Position numbers and translations under genes: made by a program. A stretch of DNA of 43,010 nucleotides. Source: a virus. Its lineage: Duplodnaviria > Caudoviricetes. The DNA is taken from positions 1 to 43,010 of the IMG/VR virus record IMGVR_UViG_3300028585_000523. One strand, written 5' to 3'. The notes beneath the pieces were generated by a model. That model made no database searches and was not told where the DNA came from. It was given only the letters and a program-made list of their open reading frames with translations. Below are positions 16,436 through 25,359 of this stretch, piece by piece (position 1 is the first letter of the stretch; each line of letters begins with the position of its first letter).

Positions 16436-19400
16436 CCATGCCCCCCGCCCAGCCGCGGCCGGCCGGCAAGGCTCAGCGCGCGCGCCGCGCCCATGTCGGC
16501 GATCGCCGGCGCCGCCTCGGTCACCACCCGCGCGCTGACGTTGGTCATCTCGGTCGTGAACAGCGGCGACGGCGCGACCTTCATCGTCACATCGACCTGC
16601 TGGCGAGCACCGCGCTGCGCGGCGGACAGATCGGGCAGCCGCGGCGCGGACAGGCGCGGCGTGACCGGCCCGCCGCTGGCGAAGGCGGGCAGACGGTTCG
16701 CATTGATGGCCTCGATCAGCGGCAGGTGCCGCGCCGTCGCCGCCGCGTTAATGATATATTCGCCGTTCGACACCCGGGCGAGGATGCTGTCCGACCGCCC
16801 GCTGCCGGGACCGCGAATCCGGCCGCTCGGGCCGCCATCGGCAAAGGCGGGGATCCGCCCGCCATCCGCGAAGCCCAGGAAGGATCCGACCCCCGGCAGC
16901 GCGGACAGGATCGCCTTCTGGATCGCGATCCGCGCCAGATCGGCGATCATGCTGGACGCCAGCTGCCCGAACGCACCCTTGATCTTGAGGATGTTGGCGA
17001 TCTCGCGCGCGCCGGCCTCCTCCAGCGCGCCGAAGCCGCGCACCGCGACACCTTCCAGCGCCGCACCCATATCGTCGGTCGCGGCGACCAGCCGCTGGCG
17101 ATATTGCTCGATCGGCCCGGCCTGGCCGGCGTCGAAGGCGTCGCGTTCCGTCCGCTCCAGCGCCGGCAACCGGCCGAGCGCGGTCCGCGCGCCCTGCACC
17201 TGCTCCGCGTCCTGCGAGGTATCGCGCACCCGCTCCAGCGTCGCGCGGCGCAGCTGCTGTTCCAGATCGAGGATCTGGCGGCCGATCCGGTTTCGATCCG
17301 CGTCGGTGATCGCCATGCCCTGTTGAAGGCGGAGAATTTCCAGCCGGGCCTGCCCCTCCTCCGCCCGCGCCTGATATTGCCGGTCGATCGACCGGGTCGC
17401 CGCCTCGATCCGCACATTCTGGAGCCGCTGGCGGCGGGTCGCCTCGTTGACCTCCCCCAGCTGGCGCGCCTGCGCGTCGGTCAGGTCGCCCGCCTTCAGC
17501 CGGTCGGCGAGCTTGCGCCTGGCCGTACCCGCCTCCGCATCGATTTCCTCACGCAACAGCGCGTCCCGCTCGGCCTCGCTGTCCGCCCCGCGCGTGGTGG
17601 CATCGATCAGCCGGCGGCGCGCCTGCAACAGATCGCCGGCGAAGGCGCTGTCGTCGCGGAGCAGCTTCGTCCGCGCGGCCTCGGCGCGCCGGCCCACGGT
17701 GGCGGCGGACGGCCCGGCCTTGCCATATTCGACATGATAGACGCGCTGGCCGGGTTCGTTCAGCACCTTGCGCAACGTCACGCCGGCATCGGCAAAGGCC
17801 TTCCGGATCGCGGCGACGCTGATTCCGGGACCGTATGCGACATCGATCGCCTGCCCGCGTTCATGCGCGCTCGTGCCGGGTTTGGCGACCGGCCCGACAT
17901 GGCGACCCGCCTGCGCATCCGCATAGAGTTCGGCCTGGCGCTGGCGGCTGCGCAGGCCGCTGGTGACACGCCCGCCGATCGAGGAAACGATCGCGGTCGC
18001 GCCGGCGACGTCGACCTCCCGACCGAACTGGCGATTTCCGCTGCCACGGCCGGCATTTTGCCGCGCCTGCTCGGCGGCGAGGGCGGCGGCGCGGTTGCGC
18101 TCGATCGCCGCAAGCTGGCGGGTCAGGCCGGCGGTGACGATCGCCCCGCCCTGCGCCGCAGCGCGCGCGGCATTGCGGATCGCGCGCGCCTGCTCGTCAT
18201 ACAGCCGGTTGATGCGCGCGAGCGGATCGACCATGCGCTTCGCCGCCGCCGCGGCCAGATCGACGCGCGTGCGGTTTACATTCGCGTTCGCCAGATCCAC
18301 CGCGGCATCGGCCGCCGCCAGTTGCGCACGCAACCCGGCGACATCTTCGTCCCGGACCCGTTTGGCGACCGCCGCCGCCCGGGGATCGGTGTTGGCGAAG
18401 GCGCTGTCGTCCAGCGCTTCCCGCGCCGCCAGCGCATCGGCAAGGCGCGCGGCCGTGACCTTCCGGATCTCCGCTGCCTGCCGCGCGCGGCTGTTTGCGT
18501 CGATGTTGGCGCGTTCCGTTGCATCCGTTTCGGCGGCAGCGCTGTCCGTCAGGGCCTTGTTCTGGTCGCGGATCGCGGCGGTGACGCCCGCAAGCGTCCG
18601 GCCGAAACGGGCCTTCGCATCGCTGGTGATCTCGACCTGCTGGGCGTCCTTCTCCAGCTTCCTGACCGCGTCCCCGGTCTCATCGGTGAAGAAGCGCATG
18701 TTCTTGGTCAGCGCGCCGACGATGAACATCGCGGCGGTGATCGCCAGTCCCCACGGCCCCAGCATGAAATTGCTGAACGTCTGGACGCGGGCGAGCGCGG
18801 TGCCGGCTTCCGCGCGCAGGAAGGACAGCTGGCCCGCCGCCTGCGCACCCTGAATGGCGATCACGTTGAAGACGTTCGCACCCATCGACAATTGCGTGAA
18901 CGTATCCTGCGCCTGGTAGGACAGGCCCTGCATCGCCATGCGGTTGGTGCCCATCACCGCGATCGATCGCCGCTGTTCCTCGGTCAGCTGCGCCGTATTG
19001 GCGCTGGCGACGGGCAGGCCGCGCGCGTGCTCGTAAAGGTTGTTCCGCGCCATCTGGAGCGCGGACGCATATTCCCGCGTGGAGATCGCCCCGGCGGCGA
19101 GCAGCCGGTCGGCCCGGTCCAGTTCCTGATCGAACCGCTGCTGCGCACTGAACATCGGATCGAGCGCGGCGCGCAGCTGCTGGGTCTCGTTGGTCAGCTG
19201 CTGCTGGACCACGATCGCGCGGGTCGCGGCCGCGGCCGACCCGCTGAGTTGCATCGCCTGCTGGTTCAGCGCGGTGCGCGCCAGATCGCTGGCGGTCGCA
19301 TAGTCGCGCTGGCTGATCGCGCCGGCGCGCAACAGCGTTTCGGCGCGGATCATCTCCTGGTCGAACCGCTGCTGGGCGGCGAACATCGGGTCGATCGACG

Positions 19401-20070
19401 CGCGGAGCAGATTGGCGGCGGCGGCCAGCGCGCGCTGTTCGGTCGCGGCCTCGGCGGTGGCGATGGCGAGCCGCTTTTCCGCCGCCTCCGCCTCCGCGAC
19501 GCGCTGGTGACGCGTCACGAAATGCTCGGTCGCCTCGGCGCTCCGCAGCAATTCGATCTGCACCCGTTCCAGCGCGCCGGCTTCGGCCAGCAGCGCCGCC
19601 GCTTTCTGTTCCGCCCCGATCCGGCTGGCATTGGTCGCCTGGATGAACAGATAGGAGGCTTCGCTGGCGTGACGGCTGCCGCCCGATGCGCGCTCGGCCG
19701 CGGCGGCGATCAGTTCGAAGGACCGGGCCTGGTCCTGCGCCGCCGCCGCCTGCGCGCGCAGGCCCTCGATCCCCAGATCCGCGCGGGCATCGACGGTCGG
19801 CCCCTTCACCGCCTGCGCGGCGATGCGCTGCACCTGGGTGAAGCTGGCCTCGAACGATTTTTCCGCGCGTTTTGCCGCGTCATCGGCCAGCGCGGCGAAC
19901 GCTCCGAACCGGCCGCCCATGCCGCCGATCGCGCGGTCGACCTGCTCCACCATTCGGTCCGCGCGGCGCTCGAACCGGTCGAGCGGCTGTTCCGCCTCGG
20001 TCAGATGCCGGCGGAGCAGTTCGGTCGCCGCATCGACCTGCAACAGTAGGCGTTCGGTATTCTCCGCCAT
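16432..20070 (-). CDS. Tail tape measure protein with embedded M15-like peptidase domain
   Basis: 1212 aa, Ala-rich and helical; repeated DPMF.AQQRFDQE; SAHERGQAID...HVE; C-terminal GPGSGRSDSILARVSNGEY. Confidence 0.9.
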   Translation of the reverse strand: MAENTERLLLQVDAATELLRRHLTEAEQPLDRFERRADRMVEQVDRAIGGMGGRFGAFAALADDAAKRAEKSFEASFTQVQRIAAQAVKGPTVDARADLGIEGLRAQAAAAQDQARSFELIAAAAERASGGSRHASEASYLFIQATNASRIGAEQKAAALLAEAGALERVQIELLRSAEATEHFVTRHQRVAEAEAAEKRLAIATAEAATEQRALAAAANLLRASIDPMFAAQQRFDQEMIRAETLLRAGAISQRDYATASDLARTALNQQAMQLSGSAAAATRAIVVQQQLTNETQQLRAALDPMFSAQQRFDQELDRADRLLAAGAISTREYASALQMARNNLYEHARGLPVASANTAQLTEEQRRSIAVMGTNRMAMQGLSYQAQDTFTQLSMGANVFNVIAIQGAQAAGQLSFLRAEAGTALARVQTFSNFMLGPWGLAITAAMFIVGALTKNMRFFTDETGDAVRKLEKDAQQVEITSDAKARFGRTLAGVTAAIRDQNKALTDSAAAETDATERANIDANSRARQAAEIRKVTAARLADALAAREALDDSAFANTDPRAAAVAKRVRDEDVAGLRAQLAAADAAVDLANANVNRTRVDLAAAAAKRMVDPLARINRLYDEQARAIRNAARAAAQGGAIVTAGLTRQLAAIERNRAAALAAEQARQNAGRGSGNRQFGREVDVAGATAIVSSIGGRVTSGLRSRQRQAELYADAQAGRHVGPVAKPGTSAHERGQAIDVAYGPGISVAAIRKAFADAGVTLRKVLNEPGQRVYHVEYGKAGPSAATVGRRAEAARTKLLRDDSAFAGDLLQARRRLIDATTRGADSEAERDALLREEIDAEAGTARRKLADRLKAGDLTDAQARQLGEVNEATRRQRLQNVRIEAATRSIDRQYQARAEEGQARLEILRLQQGMAITDADRNRIGRQILDLEQQLRRATLERVRDTSQDAEQVQGARTALGRLPALERTERDAFDAGQAGPIEQYRQRLVAATDDMGAALEGVAVRGFGALEEAGAREIANILKIKGAFGQLASSMIADLARIAIQKAILSALPGVGSFLGFADGGRIPAFADGGPSGRIRGPGSGRSDSILARVSNGEYIINAAATARHLPLIEAINANRLPAFASGGPVTPRLSAPRLPDLSAAQRGARQQVDVTMKVAPSPLFTTEMTNVSARVVTEAAPAIADMGAARALSLAGRPRLGGGHG

Positions 20071-20084
20071 CGCCCGCCCCCTTC

Positions 20085-20204
20085 CTATTCCTCGGGCTGG
20101 CGGTGGAACCGCTCATAGCCCTCGACCGCCGCCCAATATTCGTGCGGCGTCGCATCCCAGAATTCGCGCGGCCGCCATCCCAGCGCGGCCTGCGCCAGTC
20201 CCAT
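20085..20204 (-). CDS. Tail assembly chaperone C-terminal extension (gpT-like)
   Basis: LGWRPREFWDATPHE motif; reachable by a -1 frameshift from the upstream gene. Confidence 0.7.
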   Translation of the reverse strand: MGLAQAALGWRPREFWDATPHEYWAAVEGYERFHRQPEE

Positions 20205-20626
20205 CAGCCGGCGGCGGGGACTGCCCCGTCCATCGTCGTCGTCGCCGCCGGCTTCACGTTTCCCTCCGGATCGTAGCCACCGGTCACCGCCATGGAGAGC
20301 AGGCCGGACAGGATGCGCTGGACCTCGTGGAAGCCGCCCGGCGCATCGAGGATCAGCCGGCCGATCCGGTTGGGTTGCGCGCCGGCTGCGTCCTTGTCTT
20401 CCGTCTCCCGTCCCCAGGCGCGGACGCATTCGGTGACAATCTGCGCGGTTTCGCCCAGCGACAGCTTCGCGGCGATCGCGTCGCGCGCCACATCGACGAG
20501 GCCGCGCCCCAGCGACGCCTCCATCGCGACGATCGCCTCATAGCTGGGCCGCAGCCCCATCGGGCGACCGGCGAGGACGAGCGACATCTCGCCGCGCTCG
20601 GCGTTGGGCGTGCGTGGTTCGGTCAT
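20204..20626 (-). CDS. Tail assembly chaperone (GTA-gp10-like)
   Basis: NAERGE...LRPSYEAIVAME motif; upstream of the tape measure gene. Confidence 0.8.
   Translation of the reverse strand: MTEPRTPNAERGEMSLVLAGRPMGLRPSYEAIVAMEASLGRGLVDVARDAIAAKLSLGETAQIVTECVRAWGRETEDKDAAGAQPNRIGRLILDAPGGFHEVQRILSGLLSMAVTGGYDPEGNVKPAATTTMDGAVPAAG
20258..20264 (-). promoter_or_regulatory. -1 ribosomal frameshift heptamer G GGA AAC
   Basis: XXXYYYZ in the correct phase; the -1 frame is open into 20085..20204. Confidence 0.7.
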
Positions 20627-20901
20627 GGCAGGATCTCCGATGCTTCGGGGGGCGCGGCATAGAGCGCGCGGATGGTGGCGACCGCGTCCGGATCCCGCGC
20701 GATCGCGGCGGCCAGCGTGCCGACCGGGGGCGCGTCGTCCCCGAGGAACGGGAGCAGCGCGCGGGCGGCGCGATCCGGCCCGGCGGACAGCAGCATGTCG
20801 ATTTCCGCCGCGTTGCAGCCGGTCGCCGCGACCAGCTGCGCATCGAGATCGTCCGCGCGGCGCGGCGTCAGCGCCAGAGTGCCGATCGTGATGCTGGGCA
20901 T
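20623..20901 (-). CDS. Hypothetical tail-region protein
   Basis: Overlaps the start and stop codons of both neighbours. Confidence 0.65.
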   Translation of the reverse strand: MPSITIGTLALTPRRADDLDAQLVAATGCNAAEIDMLLSAGPDRAARALLPFLGDDAPPVGTLAAAIARDPDAVATIRALYAAPPEASEILP

Positions 20902-21329
20902 CAGGCCAGCTTGTCGCTCGTCGGCTGCTCCGCCGGTTGCAGCACGACGCCCGCCGACACCGAACTGCCCTGCTCGAAGCCGGTGTTATCGAGGCTGGTA
21001 TACATCACGCATTCGAACACCACGTCCGCCACCGCGAACGGCTTCTTGCGCACCTGGAAAATCTCGGTGGCGTTGGATTTGTCGAGCGTTTCCATGCGGG
21101 TGTAGCCGTCGGGATCGGGGAGCGAGGGCACGATCGCCTGATTGATCGACAAGGTGCGCAACCCGGGGCTTTGGGTATCGACGCCCTCGGCATCCTTGGT
21201 GGCGTTGGACGAGAAGGCCTTGCTCCGGTTGATGGTCAAATTGCCCTGCCCCGCCGGCTGGACGAAGGTGGCGGCGGTGCTGGTCTGGACGAACAGCCGG
21301 TAATCGCTGCCGAGTTTCTTGGTGGCCAT
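20901..21329 (-). CDS. Major tail tube protein
   Basis: Position between tail terminator and chaperones; 142 aa; RBS GGAGA. Confidence 0.7.
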   Translation of the reverse strand: MATKKLGSDYRLFVQTSTAATFVQPAGQGNLTINRSKAFSSNATKDAEGVDTQSPGLRTLSINQAIVPSLPDPDGYTRMETLDKSNATEIFQVRKKPFAVADVVFECVMYTSLDNTGFEQGSSVSAGVVLQPAEQPTSDKLA

Positions 21330-21397
21330 GATCGCGGTCTCCATGTGCGAAAAGCGCGCCGGGGCGGCACGCGGAAGGTCGGGAAAAAGGGGCCGGC

Positions 21398-21790
21398 TCA
21401 GTCGTCGGCGAGCGCCATCACCGTGTAGGCGGCGACGCCGGCATAGGTCTGGCCGTCGTCCTGAAGCGCAGCGTCGTCGTCATCGAAGGCGAAGGCGAGC
21501 GTCCAGCCACCGGTGTGAACCGTGAAGCCGTCCAGCGCGGCATCCGCCTGATCCATCAGCGCGAGCAGCGGCGCCCGCTCCTCGGCCGCCACCAGCGTCA
21601 CGATGCTGACCGTCACGATCCGGTCGCGACTGGCGGCCTTGCCGGGTAGCCGGCGGCTGGACAGGTCGCCCACGACGACGATCGGGTAAGGCGCGTCGTC
21701 GGGGACATCCTGATAGACGGCGGCACCGGTGATCGCGGCGGAAAGCGCATCATAGGCCGCCGCCTCGACCGCCGATTTCGCGCTAAGCAT
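21398..21790 (-). CDS. Tail completion/terminator protein (DUF3168-like)
   Basis: VYQDVPDDAPYPIVVVG motif; position. Confidence 0.8.
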   Translation of the reverse strand: MLSAKSAVEAAAYDALSAAITGAAVYQDVPDDAPYPIVVVGDLSSRRLPGKAASRDRIVTVSIVTLVAAEERAPLLALMDQADAALDGFTVHTGGWTLAFAFDDDDAALQDDGQTYAGVAAYTVMALADD

Positions 21791-22331
21791 CCCCGCCCCC
21801 CGCCGCCGTCGCAGCCAGCGCGCGGCTGAAGATACCGCGCAGATTGCGGTTGAGCTTGCCCCGCAGGTCGGGGAAGCGTCCGGTGATGAACCGCTTGCCC
21901 GGCATGGCACGGACCTTCATCCGGTAGGTGGACACGATGTCCTCGCTGCGCTTGCGACCGTTCGCGCCGACGCGAAGCAGCGACAATTCCAGCCCGTTGG
22001 ACAGCGTCCGCTTCACGCGGCGCCGCCGTTCGACCAGCACCACCTGCGCCTTCCGGCCCAGATCCTGAATCCGCCCGTAAAACAGTTTCGAACGCCCCTT
22101 CGGCGTGCCGAGCAAACCGACCTGCAATCGCAGCAATTTCGGCCGCACGCGCTGGCTTTCCCCATCCAGCAGCGCCCCCGTCGCCCGCGGCGTCCGCGCC
22201 TTGGCCGCGGCCAGGATCTCGCGCCCGGTGACATGCAGCTCGACGACGATTTCCCCCGCCACCGCCGCCGGCAGCCGCCGGAACAGCCGCCGGACGCGAC
22301 CCATGCCGCGCAACGATTTCCGCCGCGCCAT
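21783..22331 (-). CDS. HK97 gp10-like protein
   Basis: AKARTPRATGAL ... MPGKRFI motifs; basic protein. Confidence 0.75.
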   Translation of the reverse strand: MARRKSLRGMGRVRRLFRRLPAAVAGEIVVELHVTGREILAAAKARTPRATGALLDGESQRVRPKLLRLQVGLLGTPKGRSKLFYGRIQDLGRKAQVVLVERRRRVKRTLSNGLELSLLRVGANGRKRSEDIVSTYRMKVRAMPGKRFITGRFPDLRGKLNRNLRGIFSRALAATAAGGGDA

Positions 22332-22346
22332 CAGCGTGCGACCCGA

Positions 22347-22697
22347 TCATGGGACATTGGACGGTCCTCCGCTTTCGCAGGTCATCACCAGCCCGTCGCC
22401 CTCTTCATTGGGCGCGACGGACTTGATCGTCATCGGCATGGATCCGAACAGGATCCGGTGCGCCGGCGTCACCCCCGGTCGCATCCGGATCGTCACGCGC
22501 CACAATTGCGTGTGCCGCTCGACGAGGTTGCGCACCGCCGCCTCGCCGCGCAGCGGGAGCAGCTGCGCCCATGGCCGTGCGATCGTCGTCCAGCCGCCGG
22601 TTGCGGGGTTGGGCTTCCGCCCGCCCCGGCCATTCTCGATCTGGTCCTTAACCTGCAGCGCGATCCGCCTGTCGAGATCGCCCGCCGCGATCGCCAT
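22347..22697 (-). CDS. Head closure (head-tail adaptor) protein
   Basis: MAIAAGDLDRRIALQ...WA.LLPLRGEA motif. Confidence 0.8.
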   Translation of the reverse strand: MAIAAGDLDRRIALQVKDQIENGRGGRKPNPATGGWTTIARPWAQLLPLRGEAAVRNLVERHTQLWRVTIRMRPGVTPAHRILFGSMPMTIKSVAPNEEGDGLVMTCESGGPSNVP

Positions 22698-22993
22698 CAG
22701 TCGAGCGCCATGCTGACGATCGGGTGCAGCACCCAGCGAACCGCGGCGGGCAGCTGGCCGTCCCCCGCATCCCCGCTCTCGCGGTTCCGATACCAGTCGC
22801 CGACCAGCAGCTTGATCGCCTGCCGCAGCACGGCGAGGTCGTCGGTCCCCATATCGGCCACCGATCGCCGGATCCGCTGCTCGCAGATCCGCCGCGCGGC
22901 GACGATCATGCCGATCAGCATGGCGTCGTCGGTCTCGATCTCCTCCAGCCGCAGATGCGCCCTGATGTCGTCGAGCGATACCAGCTCCGTCAT
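22697..22993 (-). CDS. Head-tail connector (HK97 gp6-like)
   Basis: LDDIRAHLRL...AIKLLVGDWYRNRE. Confidence 0.88.
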   Translation of the reverse strand: MTELVSLDDIRAHLRLEEIETDDAMLIGMIVAARRICEQRIRRSVADMGTDDLAVLRQAIKLLVGDWYRNRESGDAGDGQLPAAVRWVLHPIVSMALD

Positions 22994-23265
22994 GCGAGCA
23001 AGCCCTTTGCGTAAGCGACCGCCGCCGGGTCGGCATCGACATAGCCGGCGTCGACGGCCGCGCGCAGTTCGTCGGCGGTCAGCATGACGACATCGTTCGG
23101 CTGGTGATTTTCGAACGCGAGCAGCACGCGCGCTTCGGCGTCGCCCGCCGGGAGGATCGTGCCTTCGGCCGCCGGAGCATCGCCGGATTCGGGTGCGGCG
23201 GCGTCCGTCGCAGGCGGAGCGGAACGACGCGCGCGGGTCGGCACGACGGGAGGGGTTGTCGCCAT
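22990..23265 (-). CDS. Hypothetical protein downstream of the capsid gene
   Basis: ATGA overlap with the connector gene; VDADPAAVAYA C-terminus. Confidence 0.65.
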   Translation of the reverse strand: MATTPPVVPTRARRSAPPATDAAAPESGDAPAAEGTILPAGDAEARVLLAFENHQPNDVVMLTADELRAAVDAGYVDADPAAVAYAKGLLA

Positions 23266-23328
23266 TTCATGATCCCGATCGAGGGAGGGAAACGGGGCGA
23301 CCGGTGCCGCCCCGCGCGGATCCGCCTG

Positions 23329-24579
23329 TTAGTTCGGGCCGTTCTGGTAGATCTTGATCGGCTTGCCGCCGGAGATGATCTTGCCGTCGTGGCGCGACCA
23401 GGCGAGGAACCCGATCTGGCCACGCTTGACGTAAGCGCTGTCGTCGAAGCGGAAGAGCGTGACCTGCATGATGTCGCGGATCATATATTGCGACAGGTCG
23501 CCGAACGCGATCGACTTGGCGTTCGCGGCCATGACCGGCATGTCCTGGTTGATCGTGTAGCGGTAGCTCAGGAAGGTGTCGGGTTCCTTGACCGACACGC
23601 CCGGCAGCCACAGCGGGAAGCCCGACAGATCCTTCAGCTTCTTCAACGCGCGCAGCGTGCTGTCATGCCACATGAACCGGACGCCCGGCATCGATCGATA
23701 GGCCGGATCCACCGAATGCTCCAGATCGACCAGATCGTCATAGGTCACCGACGTGGCGGTCCCCGCCGCGCCCGCCTTGCCGACATCGGATCCGGTCACC
23801 GCGCCCTGCGGCTGGTTCACGTTCGTGCCCACGGTAAAATGGCGGTTCGTAATGCGGGCGATGCGCAGCGCGGCGGCGCGGCGCACGAAGCCCTCCACAT
23901 CCATCCCCGGTCCCTGATCCTGCAAAAGCTCGAACGGGATGGTGAACACCTTCGAGCTATATTTATACGCGCCGATCGAGGTGGTGCCGAACGCGACGTC
24001 CTGATCGGATGCGGGCTGGTTCTCGGCGACGATCTCGCCCTCCACCCCGGTCTCGTCGACGGTCGGCCACGGAATCGGCGCGCCGCCGGCGGTCGGGAGA
24101 ATGGTGGCGACGTCGCGCATCCCCCCGAACGCCTTCAACGCCTCCAGCAGTTCACCGCCGAAGCCGGCCGGCACGATGTAGCCGCCCGCCGCGCCGGTGC
24201 CGACCGACTGGGCATTCTGCACCTGACCGGCCCGCAGCGCCGCGAAATCCTCGGTCGTCATGCCGCGCTCGCCGTTCAAAATGAACGTGCGGAACGCCGC
24301 ATTGTAGCGGTCGGACTGCTCGTTTTCCTCGGTCGTGCGGCCGTGGCGGGCGCGCTGCTCGGCTTCGTTGCGCGCGCCGCCGTCCTGCTGCTCGCCATCG
24401 ATGCGCGCCTGCCGTTCGAGCGCGGAGATCTGCAAATCGATGCGGTCGATTTCGTCATAGATGGTGTCGACCTGCGCGGAGACCTCCTTGGTGAACTTCT
24501 CCCCGGTGTTGGTGTCGAGCAGGTTGCGGGCTTCGGTCGCCTTGGCGACGCGCTGATCGCGAAGCGCTTTGATCTTCAT
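23329..24579 (-). CDS. HK97-family major capsid protein
   Basis: Coiled-coil delta domain, GGYIVP, ELLQD, FGDLSQY, GQIGF motifs. Confidence 0.95.
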   Translation of the reverse strand: MKIKALRDQRVAKATEARNLLDTNTGEKFTKEVSAQVDTIYDEIDRIDLQISALERQARIDGEQQDGGARNEAEQRARHGRTTEENEQSDRYNAAFRTFILNGERGMTTEDFAALRAGQVQNAQSVGTGAAGGYIVPAGFGGELLEALKAFGGMRDVATILPTAGGAPIPWPTVDETGVEGEIVAENQPASDQDVAFGTTSIGAYKYSSKVFTIPFELLQDQGPGMDVEGFVRRAAALRIARITNRHFTVGTNVNQPQGAVTGSDVGKAGAAGTATSVTYDDLVDLEHSVDPAYRSMPGVRFMWHDSTLRALKKLKDLSGFPLWLPGVSVKEPDTFLSYRYTINQDMPVMAANAKSIAFGDLSQYMIRDIMQVTLFRFDDSAYVKRGQIGFLAWSRHDGKIISGGKPIKIYQNGPN

Positions 24580-24599
24580 CGGGGGGGCCTTTCTGGCAT

Positions 24600-24623
24600 A
24601 AAAAAGCCCCGCCGAAGCGGGGC
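24600..24623 (-). terminator. GC hairpin plus U-tract between protease and capsid genes
   Basis: GCCCCGC-TTCG-GCGGGGC-TTTTTT on the minus strand. Confidence 0.5.
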
Positions 24624-24645
24624 CGGATCAGGCGGGCGGGAGGCG

Positions 24646-25359
24646 CTACGCCGTTCGGTCGTACAGGCGGAGGCGGGCCAACATGCGCTGGCGCGCGCCA
24701 TCGTCGGGCGGGTCCGGGGCGAGCGCCTTGGGGGCGTTGTCATAGACGGCCAGATTATAGGCCTGCGCCCGCGCGCCGGATTTCGGCGCCGTGGCCGTCA
24801 CCGCATCGCAAAAGCCGTTGTCCACGGCCTCCTGCGCGGTGAACCAGGTCTCCGCCTTCATCCAGGCGGAGATTTCGGCGTCGCCCTTGCCGGTCCGTTT
24901 CGCATAGCCGGCGATCAGGACGTCATCGACCTTGCCGAGCACGTCGGCCGTCGACCGCAGATCGTCGGCATTGCCCAGCGCGAAGGTCCACGCCTGGTGG
25001 ATCATGTAGAAACCGCCGTCGGAAATCTCGACACGATCGGCGGCCAGCGACAGCGCCGTCGCGGCCGAGGCGGCAAGTCCGTCGATCTTCGCGACGACGG
25101 TGGCGGGATGCTCGGCGATCGCCGCCATCATCGCGCGCGCCTCGAACACGTCGCCGCCCGGGCTGTTGATGCGCAGCACGATTTCGCTCGTGGTGATCGC
25201 CGACAGCGTGCGCGCAAAGTCGCTGGCGCTGACGCCCCAATAGGCATCGATCACGTCGTAGACATAGACGGTGGTGCTGTCGCCGGAAGCCTCCACGCGG
25301 ATCTCCGCGCCCCGGCCGGCATTGTCCCGGACCAGCGCCAGCAGCTTACGGTTCTTCAT
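24646..25359 (-). CDS. ClpP-like head maturation protease
   Basis: INSPGGDVF, DGLAASAA, MIHQAW, ETWFTAQEA. Confidence 0.92.
   Translation of the reverse strand: MKNRKLLALVRDNAGRGAEIRVEASGDSTTVYVYDVIDAYWGVSASDFARTLSAITTSEIVLRINSPGGDVFEARAMMAAIAEHPATVVAKIDGLAASAATALSLAADRVEISDGGFYMIHQAWTFALGNADDLRSTADVLGKVDDVLIAGYAKRTGKGDAEISAWMKAETWFTAQEAVDNGFCDAVTATAPKSGARAQAYNLAVYDNAPKALAPDPPDDGARQRMLARLRLYDRTA

Noticed and set aside
19060-19420. Repeated DPMF.AQQRFDQE segments as a DGR or CRISPR-like repeat
   Set aside because: In-frame tape measure repeats; no reverse transcriptase, cas gene or spacer structure in the window
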